Shown piece by piece: positions 48,346 through 59,704 of a stretch of 64,000 nt of DNA; positions within the stretch are counted from its first letter, which is position 1; every line of letters starts with the position of its first letter. The stretch comes from Squalus acanthias. Lineage: Eukaryota. The notes below the pieces were generated by a model that was not told where the DNA came from, did no database searches, and saw only the letters and a program-made list of their open reading frames with translations. The translations under genes and the position numbers were made by a program. The stretch is from contig CM059432.1 in the NCBI GenBank assembly GCA_030390025.1, positions 11,470,001-11,534,000 on the forward strand, read 5' to 3'.

Positions 48346-49397
48346 TCTATGTTCTTATATTCAACTCCAATTTTAAATTCACTGTGTATTGGCCTATCTA
48401 AAACTTCATATGAAAAAGATATAATAGGGATTTTACAAGGTTCTGCTTGACAGAGGCAATTTTAGTTTCTAGGCTCAATCGGAAGAAAACAGAAGTTTTA
48501 TTTCCTGCATTGTGCATGCCCAGTAACACCATGTGACACAGTTATCTCACGTACATAGAAGATGGATTTTATCCCGTGTACCATGAGGAAACAACTTGAC
48601 AGATGGCTCTTCGCACCAGCTGTAACCATAGCAACTCTCCCTAACAACTGCTCTGGATCGCAGTACTGTGTTCTGCACATGGAAAGAAGACAGTCACACT
48701 GAATCAAAACTCCACGACTGAAAGGAAAGCTTATTCTAAAATGTTCCAGTTTAACTGGAACACGTATAGGGGAGCAGTTTGAGTTTGGTACTTGCTTAGA
48801 ACAATGCAGACTGGCTGACCAAGGTTATACCGCTAGCTCCGCATTGCTCTCCTATTAGGAGCTTGTCTTTTTTTTTATTTGTTCCTGGGATGTGGGCGTC
48901 CCTGGCAAGGCCAGCATTTATTGCCCATTCCTAGTTGCCCTTGAGAAGGTGGTAGTGGTGAGCCGCCTTCTTGAACCGCTGCAGTCCGTATGGTGAAGGT
49001 ACTCCCACAGTGCTGTTAAGGAGGGAGTTTCAGGATTTTGACCCGGCGACGATGAAGGATCGGCGATATATTTCCAAGTCAGGACAGTGTGTGACTTGAT
49101 GGGGAACTTGCAGGTGGTGGTGTTCCCATGGTTTAAGTTCCAATGTTAGCAGAGAACTGACAGGACACGGGCTCTTGAAAAGGTTATAAAAAATATAAAA
49201 ATCTCCCAAGAGGCTTGCTTGCAGTTATATCTTAAGGTGGTCTCACAGTGCTTACCAAAATGTGAGCTGTTGTCAATGTGAAACAGATTTGCTTTTGCAT
49301 TGATATCAATAATGCTTATAACTGACCTATTAACAGAATACAGCACCGGAGGTTCCTGACTCCAATGATTATTCCATTTGGAAAGTAGACTTCTATA

Positions 49398-50750
49398 ACT
49401 GACTAACTTGATTGAGTTTTTTGATGAGGTAACAGAGAGGGTTGATGAGAGCAATGCGGTTGACGTGGTGTACATGGACTTCCAAAAGGCGTTTGATGAA
49501 GTGCCACATAATAGGCTCGCCAGCAAAGTTGAAGCCCATGGAATAAAAGGGACAGTGGCAGCATGGATACAAAATTGGCTAAGTGACAGGAAACAGAGAG
49601 TAGTGGTGAACGGTTGTTTTTCGGACTGGAGGAAGGTACACAGTGGTGTTCCCCTGGGGTCGGTACTGGGACCACTGCTTTTCTTGATATATATTAATGA
49701 CTTGGATGTGGGTGTACAGGGCACAGTTTCAAAATTTGCAGATGAGACAAAACTTGGAAGTATAGTGAACAGTGAGGAGGATAGTGATAGACTTCAAGAA
49801 CACATAGACAGGCTGGTGAAATGGGCGGACACGTAGCAAATTAAATTTAATGCAGAAAAGTGCGAAGTGACACATTTTGACAGGAAGAACGAGGAGAGGC
49901 AATATAAACTAAATGGTACAATCCTAAAGGGGGTGCATGAACATAGAGACCTGGGGGTATATGTACACAAATCATTGAAGGTGGCAGGGCAGGTTGAGAC
50001 AGCGGTTAAAAAAGCATACGGGATACTGGGCTTCATAAATAGAGGCACAGAGTACAAAAGCAAGGAAGTTATGATGAACCTTTATAAAACACTGGTTTGG
50101 CCTCAACTGGAGTATTGTGTCCAATTCTGGGCACCGCACTTTAGGAAGGATGTGAAGGCCTTGGAGAGGGTGCAGAAAAGATTTATGGGAATGATTCCAG
50201 GGATGAGGGGCTTCAGTTACGTGGATAGACTAGAGGCTACTACTCCGAAAGCTTGTGATTTCAAATAAAACTGTTGGACTATAACCTGGTGTTGTGCGAC
50301 CTCTCAATTTTGTCCACCCCAGTCCAACACCGGCATCTCCGCATCATTGTTCTCCTTAGAGCAGAGAAGGTTGAGAGGAGATTTGATAGAGGTGTTCAAA
50401 ATCATGAGGAGTCTGGACAAAGTAGATAGAGAGAAACTGTTCCCATTGGCAGAAGGGTCGAGAACCAGAGGACACAGATTCAAGGTGATTGGCAAAAGAA
50501 CCAAAGGCGACATGAGGAAAAACGTTTTTACGCAGCGAGTGGTTATGATCTGGAATGCACTGCCTGAAAGGAGGGTGGTGGAGGCAGACTCAATCGTGGC
50601 TTTCAAAAGGGAATTGGATAAGTACCTGAAGGAAAAGAATTTGCAGGGCTACGGGGAAAGGGCGGGGGAGCGGGACTAGCTGAAGTGTTCTTACAGAGAG
50701 CCGGCACGGGCCGAATGGCCTCTTTCTGTGCTGTAACCATTCTATGATTT
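49398..50750 (+). mobile_element. CR1 LINE (RT to tail) interrupted by a Penelope pLTR fragment at about 50238-50346
   Basis: VVYMDFQKAFD, SVLGPLLFLIYINDL, FADETKL; the insert ends in the Penelope tail ttgtccaccccagtccaacaccggcatctcc. Confidence 0.9.
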
Positions 50751-50777
50751 TATAATTAACTAACTAGGTCTTTGTAG

Positions 50778-50935
50778 CCATGATGTGGAGATGCCGGTGT
50801 TGGACTGGGGTGGACAAATGTGAGAAGTCGCACAACACCAGGTTATAGTCCAACAGCTTTATTTGAAATCACAAGCTTTCGGAGCGCTGCTCCTTCGTCA
50901 GGTGAAGTCAACCTGGTGTTGTGCGACTTCTCACA
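50778..50935 (-). mobile_element. Penelope pLTR mini-element with short inverted arm, 13-bp TSD
   Basis: TSD TAGGTCTTTGTAG 50765-50777 / TAGGTCTTTGCAG 50936-50948; hammerhead at 50869-50905 (-). Confidence 0.85.
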
Positions 50936-52004
50936 TAGGTCTTTGCAGTTTGTGGATTATCCGACAGTGCTGGAATAGAGATGGCATTCAGCAGCCTCCT
51001 CTGTGCGTACTGTTTTGTTCTTTCACTTGTTCCATTCAGATATTATCACTGCCAATAGTGTTAGATGTGATTTTCACTCTAACTATACTTGATTGTAATT
51101 TACAGACAAGCAAGGACATGGAGGAAATTCCCTCCAACACCTATACGCTAGATTTCTGTATAATCCTAGTCGTTGGACAGAAATTCTAGCCCTGAAGCTT
51201 TCCACTGGGTTTCAAAGTGAAATCATTGAAAGCTTTCAATTTTTTTTTAGATGTCTTGTAAGATATCTTTTTAGATATCTCTGTAATCTCCTCCAGCCTA
51301 CAACCCTCCGAGATATCTGCACTCCTCCAATTCTGGCCTCTTGAGCATCCCCGATTTTAATCGCTCCACTATTGGCGGCCGTGCCTTTGGCTGCCAAGGC
51401 CCTAAGCTCTGGAATTCCCTCCCTAAACCTCTCCGCCTCGCGACCTCTCTTTCAGCCTTTGAGACGCTCTTTAAAACCGACCTCTTTGACCAAGCTTTTG
51501 GTCACCTGCCCTAATATCTCTTTATGTGGCTCGGTGTGAAATTTTGTTTGATGTCGCTCCTGTGAAGCGCCTTGGGACGTTTTATTATGTTAAAGGCGCT
51601 CTATAAATACAAGTTCTTGTTGTGAGGTTTTTAGAAAGATTAACCCTAATATTACATTTTAAATTGGTGGGAGAGTAGCAGAAGTCAGTGAAGTTGACTT
51701 TCCTCTTTACCTACAAATTTATTTACAACAAATAAATATGCTATGGAAAATAAACTTGTCCTTTCATAAATTAACAGCTTCCCTATTTGTGCCTGTGGCT
51801 TAGGGGGAAAGTGCTGCAGTCCATAGAGAAGAAATAAGAAGTTATTTCTATTCATACGACAGGTCTCTTCCTAAGTCCCATTTTACATAGGTTTTTGCAT
51901 CTTAGAGTCTGCTACTGATCTTTCATTTGTGACTGAATAGAAATAGTTCATGGGTGATGCAGGGGTTATTTTTTTTTTTTTTGCTTTCACGAGTGACTTA
52001 AAAA

Positions 52005-52563
52005 AGTAGAGAAGTTATTCTGAACCTTTATAAAGCGCTGCTTGGGCCACAACTGGAGTATGGCGTCCAGTTCTGGTCACCACACTTTAGGAAGGATGTG
52101 AGGGCCCTTGAGAGGGTGCAGAGGAGATTTACCAGAGTGGTTCCGGGGATGGGGGGATCTTAGCTACAAGGTTGGAGAAGCTGGATTTGTTTTCATTAGA
52201 GCAAAGGAGGTTGAGGGGTGATTTGATAAGAGGTGTACAAGATTATGACGGGTTTGGATAGGCTAGGCGGGGAAAGGCTGCTCCCGCTAGTTGATGGTAC
52301 AAGGACTAGGGACACAGATTTAAGGTTTTGGGCAAGAGATACAGGGGGGATGTGAGGGAAAAAAAATTTACGCAGCGAGTGGTGATGACCTGGAATTCGC
52401 TGCCGACGGAAGTGGTGGAAGCGGAGACACTCAATGTTTTGAAGGGGAGACTGGATAGGCACTTGAGGGAAATAAACTTGCAGGGGATAGAGCGGGGGAA
52501 TGGGACTGACTGGATTGCTCTGCAGAGAGCCGGCACGGACTCGATGGGCCATTATGACTCTAT
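52005..52563 (+). mobile_element. CR1 3' end
   Basis: LYKALLGPQLEYGVQFWSP..KFTQRVVMTWNSLP; (tatgactc)n tail split by the Harbinger insertion. Confidence 0.85.
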
Positions 52564-52899
52564 GGGGGAAAAATTCGGTTGCTTAGCGCCTCCCGTTAGC
52601 GCCCTAAGAGGTCGCTAATGGGGTGCAACGCAACTAGCGCCCGGGCACGGTGATGTTTGCGCCGCTCGCGAAATTGACCCCTCCTTTCCGCCTGCCGCAA
52701 GCAACGACAGGGAGACTGGAACGTTTTCCAGTCGGTGAGGGCCTGGGGGGGGGCACTATTTAAATGCGCCCTCTTCCTGCCTTTTTTTGTGGGAGACTTT
52801 TTTGCATTCTGAGAGAGAAAGACTTCTGCATAGAGTCAACACTGTGTGAAGTAGTTTTGGCTACTGAGCATCACTTTGCAGGTTCTTTTGGATTTGACC

Positions 52900-54062
52900 T
52901 TCATTACTTTGATTGTCAAGAGACTCTGGGGGCTGCACTGATTCGGGGCGTCGTCCTGCGCCTGCAGAATCAGAGGCATAGAGACGCAGAGAGAGAGTGG
53001 CAATCATGGTCAGACGGAGGAGGGCCAACAGGCCTCTGCACAGGAGACCTTACCCTCCCATGGTATTCCGGGAACATTAATTTGTCTGAGGAGCAGTGTT
53101 TGCGCAGGCTGCGCTTCAGCAAGGAGGTGGTCACTGAGCTCTGCCACCTGCTGCAGCCAGATCTGCAGCCTCAACTGAGGACCAGGATGTCTCTGTCGGT
53201 GGCAGTGAAGGTCACAGTGGCTCTGAGTTTTTATGCCACCGGCTCCTTTCAAGCAGCTACTGGGGACCTCGCCAATATCTCACAGTTCGCGGTCCATTGC
53301 TGTATCCGACAGGTCACAAATGCCCTCTATAAAAGGAGACACCAGTACATCTCTTTCTCGATGACCCGGGCCAAACAGCATGAATGCGCATTGGGGTTTG
53401 CGAGGATAGCGGGCTTCCCCATGGTGCAGGGCGCCATTGACTGCATGCATGTGGCATTGTGGGCACTGCAGGAGAATGCAGAGGTTTTCCAAAACTGCAA
53501 GGGGTTCCACTCCTTAAACGTCCAGTTGGTGTGAGACCACAGACAGCTGATACTCACTGTCAATGCCCGCTATCCTGGCAGCAGCCACGATGCTTTCATC
53601 CTGCGTCAGACTGGTGTGCCAGAGCTTTTCCAGGCAGCGCATCAGCCAAGTGGTTGGCTCCTCAGGGACAAGGGTTATCCATTCTGGACCTGGCTGATGA
53701 CACCGCTCCATAACCCCAACACCCCTGCTGAGCTGCGGTACAATGAGAGCCATCTCGCCACTAGGAACATCATTGAGCAGACGATCGGCGTGCTCAAGCA
53801 ACGGTTCCGCTGTCCGGACCACTCGGGAGGAGCCCTGCAGTACTCGTCTGAGCGAGTCTCCCTCTTCATAGTTGTTTGCTGCATTCTTCATAACCTTGCA
53901 ATCCTCAGGACCCAGCCAATGCCACCAGGCCTTGGTGCATCACCGGAGGAGGAGGAAGAAGAGGAGGAGGATGATCAGCAGCAGCATCAAGGCGGGAGGG
54001 AGGGCCACAATGTTGAAACTGCAAGGGCTGTCCGTCAAAGACTGATAACAAGCCGCTTCTAG
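52900..54062 (+). pseudogene. Harbinger (HARBI1-like) DDE transposase with an in-frame stop at 53532-53534
   Basis: LSEEQCLRRLRF, ALSFYATGSFQ, GAIDCMH, YPGSSHDAFIL, LRDKGYP, RNIIEQTIGVLKQRFRC; true start uncertain. Confidence 0.88.
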
Positions 54063-54369
54063 GCTCCTACTCAGGAAATTGCTTCTGGCATGGAGAACAA
54101 CATGATGGAAAGCAACCTGCAACCCCTATAGCCGGCCAAGGCAGCAATGATTCCAAAGGCCAAACATGTACATTTTCAATACAAAAACTTTTTTATTTTA
54201 CAAACTCTGTGTGTGTCATTTATTTATGACAAACTAATAGAAACAAACACAAAAACTCATTAATTAACATAACTGGTTCTCACAACCTGGAGATAATGGC
54301 CAAAACACTAAACAAAAGTTATTACACGAACCTCGGCCTTTAATAAAAACATTCCCAACATTTTGTCAG

Positions 54370-56137
54370 ACCTCCTACTTTTTGCCCTTCGATGGTGATC
54401 TCCTTCCCTTGCCCACTTGCCCCCTTCCCACCCCACTGCTCCTCTGTAATGGGGCCTCAGTGGCTGCAGCAAGGCTGGTGGAAAGCTGCTGAATGTCAGA
54501 TCCTGAGACTACAGATCCCTTGAAGGATGCCCTCGACCAGCTCTGGGCCTGGAGGGCCCGGCTGCAGACTGCACCAACTCTGCATGGGCGGCAGCAATCT
54601 GGGCTACAGGCGGTGGCAAGTGCAATGGGGAAGTGACAGTGCTGGGAGCAGGAATGCTGTCATCTTGAGAGAGGACAGCACCTCCCTGCTCGACCGACAC
54701 ACTGGCACTCCCACAGGGCAGCACCTCAGCATCCGGAGCAATCTGCTGGAGCACAGATTGCTGGCCTGCTGCGGCGCTGTGAGAGCCCCGGGGAAATGTG
54801 TCCGAACCAGCGACAATGGCAGCAGTCAGTGCTTGCGTGGCCTCAATCTGAGACTGCATGAGACCAGTCTGAGATTGGATCACGGCGGCCAGTGACTGAA
54901 TTGCAGCACTAAGCAGTTGCGATGCATCCGCCTGTGCTGCAGCGTAGTGCTCCACACTCCTTGCCAGTGATTCAATGCATTCGGGCACCCTTCCCACTGC
55001 ACCCATGAGCTGAGCATGCATGTCCACCGCCTGGGTGTTCATTTCAGCGATGAGCCGCTCCTCCTCTGCGTCCAGTGCAGCACGACTCACTGGCCTACTC
55101 TCCCTCCGGGGAGAAGGCCCCCGAGCTTCCCTACCCCCATCGCATTGCTGCAGCCCGCTGGGTCCCGGAGCTTCACCCTCATCAGACCCTAACCCCCTGC
55201 TCTCCTCCAGGGAAGACGTGGTCCCAGTGTGGGCATGGGCTTCCTCGGGAGAGGGTGGTGCTGAGGCTTCGGCTTCCTCTTCCTCCTCGCCTGCAGCTTC
55301 GCTCCCACTGGCAGCTTGAGGGCCCGTCTCCTCAGCTGGTGAATCACCATCTGAAAGTAGGGAGGTACAAGAGTGGCTTTAGCATGAGGACAGGGGGGCA
55401 GTAAGGGAGGAAGGAGTGGAGCGATTTAGTAAGTTGGATTGAAAGTGTAAAAGGCTGGTGTTGTGAGGGACAAGTGGAATGAGAGAGGAGAGAAAGCTGA
55501 TGACCTTACCATTGCTGTCTCGAACGGGGTCGGCGTCTCCAGGGGCGACGGGACCGATCACCTGGCTTGCCACAATCCTGTGGACGGCGCCTCAAGATCG
55601 CTGAGGGGTTGCAGCTGAGGCGGTTCTCCACCCGTCGTTGCTGCTGTCTCCTGTTATGAGATAGCTTGGCCTGCAAGAAAAAGGACGGCGTCTGAGTAAA
55701 TATACAGCCATGGTCTTACCTGATGTGCCTCCCATAGTTGAATAGCCCTTACTGTATGCAAAGTGTGGAATGTGCGTGTGTGTTTTATGAGAGGACCATA
55801 GGTCATGGATGAGTGTTGGGCATTGGGATTTTAAGACCCTCTGGCCATAGAGTGAGGTTGAGATGGAGGGATGGAGAGGTAGTGAAAAACAGCCACTCAC
55901 CCTAACGACCTGAGTGAGGTCGTTGAACTTTTTGCGACATTGCGTATGGGTCCTGGGCACCATGCTCCTGGAGGAGACGTGCTGAGCCACCTTCCTCCAC
56001 ACGCTTCTGTAGTCACGCGGCAATGGCCTCCTGCCACTCTCAGGGTACGGTACAGCTCTTCTGCGCTCCACTGCGCCAACCAGAGCCTCCAAGGCCCGGT
56101 CGCTGAAGCGCTGAGCTCATTCTCTCACCCTCTCCAT
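54370..56137 (-). pseudogene. Harbinger Myb/SANT-like DNA-binding gene, three exons (56137-55901, 55670-55510, 55350-about 54400)
   Basis: QRFSDRALEALVGAVERRR..WRKVA..RTHTQCRKKFNDL; gtgagt and gtaagg donors, ttgcag and tttcag acceptors; early stop and frameshifts. Confidence 0.75.
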
Positions 56138-56514
56138 AGTCCTTGGCTGGAAAATTTAGGCACAGGTCTCTCCAGGCCGAGATTCAAGGCTGCAATGAGC
56201 TGGGTGTGGCTGGAGAGCAAGATCGACCCTCCCCTGTAAGAACTGTCCGGCGCCAGTGTGTCTGTCTTCCATTGCTAACTGACATCACCTGCGCTTTGCC
56301 CGCACTCTGAGTTAGCGCCTCGCTCCTCAGCCTTTGTGCCTTAAGACAGGTGTGTAGCGCCTGATTTAGCGCTCCAATCACCTCCAGGGGCGATAAAAGC
56401 CAAGTTTGCAGTCGGAGGTGATAATAAACTTTGCGCCTGGCCGATAATTGCGCCCCAAACGGGGCGATACCGAATTCTCCCCCTATGACTCTAGTACGGC
56501 ACGCCTCTCGAAAA

Positions 56515-56920
56515 GGCGTCAGCTGTGGCTCAGTCATTAGCACTCTTACTTCTGAGTCAGGATGTTTTGAGTTCAATTCCCACTCCAGGGACTTGAGCAC
56601 ATAATCGAGGCTGATACCTCAGTGCAGTACGGAGGGGGCGCTGCACTGTTGGAGGTGCCGTCTTTCGGATGGGACATTAAGCCGAGGCCCCGTCAGCTTT
56701 TTCAGTGTCCTGGCCAATATTTATCCCCTCAACCAACAGCACTAAAATCAGATAATCTGGCGATTGCTGTTTGTGGGAGCTTGCTGTGCGCAAATTGCCT
56801 GCCGCATTTCCTACGTTACAACAGTGACCACAATTCAAAAAGTACTTCATTGGCTGTAATGTTTTAGGATGTCCTGAGGTTGTGAAAGGTGCTGTATAAA
56901 TGCAAGTCTTTCTTTTCTTT
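56515..56920 (+). mobile_element. Deu-domain SINE with internal deletion
   Basis: tRNA head, partial core, tail. Confidence 0.75.
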
Positions 56921-56997
56921 TTGCTTCTAGTAGAACATACCATGTCCTAACAACTCTGCATTAAAACATTCTCCTATTTTCCCTTTGTTCTGTTATT

Positions 56998-58328
56998 ACA
57001 TAGATACATAGATACATAGAAGATAGGAGCAGGAGTAGGCCATCCGGCCCTTCGAGCCTGCTCCGCCATTTAATGAGATCATGGCTGATCCTCCAATTCA
57101 GTATCCCGTCCCCGCCTTCTCTCCGTAACCCTTAACCCCTTTTGCCTGTAGAAATATATCTAATTCCCTCTTAAATATATTTAATGAGCTGGCGTACACT
57201 GCCCTCTGTGGCAATGAGTTCCACAGGTTCACCACCCTCTGAGTGAAGAAATTCCCCCTCATTTCTGTCCTAAATGGTTTAGCCCTTATCCTTAAATTAT
57301 GTCCTCTAGTTCTGTTCTCACCCGCCAAGGGAAACATTCCTTCTGCATCTAGTCTGTCTAGACCTGTCAGAATTTTATACACTTCTATGAGGTCCCCTCT
57401 CAATCTTCTAAACTCCAGTGTGTACATCCCTAAACTACATAGTCTCTCCTCATAGGTCAATCCCGCCATTCCTGGTATCAGCCTGGTGAATCGCCGCTGC
57501 ACCCCCTCCATGGCAAGAACATCTTTCCTCAGATGAGGCGACCAAAACTGTACACAGTACTCGAGGTGTGGTCTCACCAGTGCCCTGTACAGCTGCAGCA
57601 AGGTATCCCTGTTCCTGTATTCCAACCCTTTTGCTATGAAGGCCAGCATACCGTTTGCCTTCTTGACCGCCTGTTGCACCTGCATGCTCGCCTTCAGTGA
57701 CTGGTGTACAAGAACACCCAGGTCTCTCTGTACTTCCCCCTCTCCCAATTTATTGCCATTTAAATAATAATTTGCCCTCCCGTTCCTGCACCCAAGGTGG
57801 ATAACTTCGCACTTGTCCACATTATAGTGCATCTGCCATTTATCCGCCCAATCACCCAGTCTGTCCAAATCGCTCTGGAGCTTCCTGGTCTCCTCCTCTG
57901 AGCCCACCCCCCCTCCTAGTTTAGTGTCGTCTGCAAATTTGGAAATGCTGCATCCGACTCCCTGATCCAGGTCATTAATGTAAATTGTGAACAGCTGGGG
58001 ACCCAGGACAGATCCCTGTGGTACCCCACTTGTTACTGCCTGCCATTCAGAAAATGAGCCGTTTATTCCAACTCTCTGTTTTCTATCTGACAGCCAGTTC
58101 TCTATCCACGTCAATACTTTCCCCTTTATCCCATGAGCTTCAATTTTCCCTGCTAATCTTTTATGTGGGACCTTATCGAAGGCCTTTTGGAAGTCCAGGT
58201 ACACCACATCTACTGGCTCTCCCCCATCTATTTTACCAGTTACTCCCTCAAAAAATTCCAATAGATTAGTCAAGCACGATTTACCCTTTGTAAATCCATG
58301 TTGACTCTGTCCTATCCTGTCCCCATTT
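56998..58328 (-). mobile_element. CR1 LINE, 5'-truncated, open RT ORF (57098-58273)
   Basis: 391-aa uninterrupted CR1 RT; (ctatgtat)n tail. Confidence 0.93.
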
Positions 58329-59704
58329 GATGATATTGATGATATTAAATTTACATCCTATAATTACCAACTCACTGACCAATGGAAATAGTTTTTTTAA
58401 ATCTATTTACCTCATCAAAACCCCTCATAGTTTTAAACATCGCTATCAGATCGCCTCTTAACCTTCTCAGTTTCAATGAAAGAGCTCCATTTTATTTTAG
58501 TCTCTCCTCATAACTAAAGCCTCTCATCCCTGGTATCATCATAGCAAATCTCTTATTTATTCTCGCCATAGCCCTACGAAGGCAGAGGGGCCCAAAACTA
58601 GCCCATCTCCTACATTAAAAACAGTGACGACACTTCAAAAGTACTTCATTGGCTGTAAAGCGCTTTGGGACGTCCTGAGGTCATGAAAGACGCTGTATCA
58701 ATGTAATCCTTCCCTTCCCTCCTCTTCCCTTTTTCCTTTTTCCTTTTTCTTTTCTTTCTTCACAATAGCCTGAAACCGCTGCAGACAATCGGTGGGACAG
58801 CCACCGTTGCTTTGGCCAGCCCATGGCCCTGTCCAAAACTGCAAAGACCGAGTCATTTAGGTATTCAGGTTGGGCACCCCACCTTGTGGCAGCACCTCCC
58901 AAACCCACAACCTCTACCACCTAGAAGGACAAGGGGGCAGCAGGTGCATGGGAACACCACTACCTCTAAGTTCCCCTCCAAGTCACGCGCCATCCTGACT
59001 TGGACATGTATCACCATTCCTTCCAAATGATGGAAACACCCTACCGAACAGCATTGTGGAAGAGGGCCCACCACCACCACCACCACCTCCTCAAGGGAAA
59101 CTATGAATGGACAATAAATACCGGTCTTGCCAGCAAGACCCACATCCTGAGGAATTTTTTTTTTTTTTAAAGAATCAATCAAAATCTGAAGGCAAAAGTT
59201 TCTGCTGGAGTTACATTGATTGCCCAGTGTAATTCCAGCCATTCTCTGACCATTCCCAGGGGGCTCTGCCCAGCAGAGCCCGGACATTCCACCAAAAATT
59301 GTTTAAAATAGCCTGACCCTGGAAAAACTGAGCATGAATGTTTAGCTGTGTTTCCGTTAAGCTGCAGAGCTGGTGCCAGTGCAACAAAAACTCTGAATCC
59401 AGGGCATGTCATTTAAAGAAAGAAAGACTTGCATTTCTATAGCGCCTTTCACGATCTAGTGGATAGGAAATGGCAGACTTGTTAAATGTGGACTTTGTAT
59501 CCATTTTCAGAGTGGACGAAGAGGATAAAATGCTAGCGGTACAAGGGAACAAAGAAAAAATGAATTGTATTTATATAGCGCCTTTCACGATCTCAGGATG
59601 TTCCAAAGCGCTTTACAGCCAATGAAGTACTTTTGAAGTCTAGTCGCTGTTGTAATGTAGGAAACGCGGCAGCCAATTTGCACACAGCAAGGTCCCACAA
59701 ACAG

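Larger units (their letters stand above)
52564..56483. mobile_element. Near full-length PIF/Harbinger DNA transposon with two convergent genes
   Basis: TIRs gggggaaaaattcggt / accgaattctccccc; 3-bp TSD TAT (52561-52563, 56484-56486). Confidence 0.9.

Noticed and set aside
53532..53534. Selenocysteine or readthrough at the TGA aligned with a Cys (VCDH motif)
   Set aside because: No SECIS or readthrough context seen; other lesions in the element make a simple nonsense mutation more likely
52900..54062. Domesticated host gene HARBI1
   Set aside because: Lies within TIRs and a TSD alongside a Myb partner and has an internal stop, so it is a transposon copy
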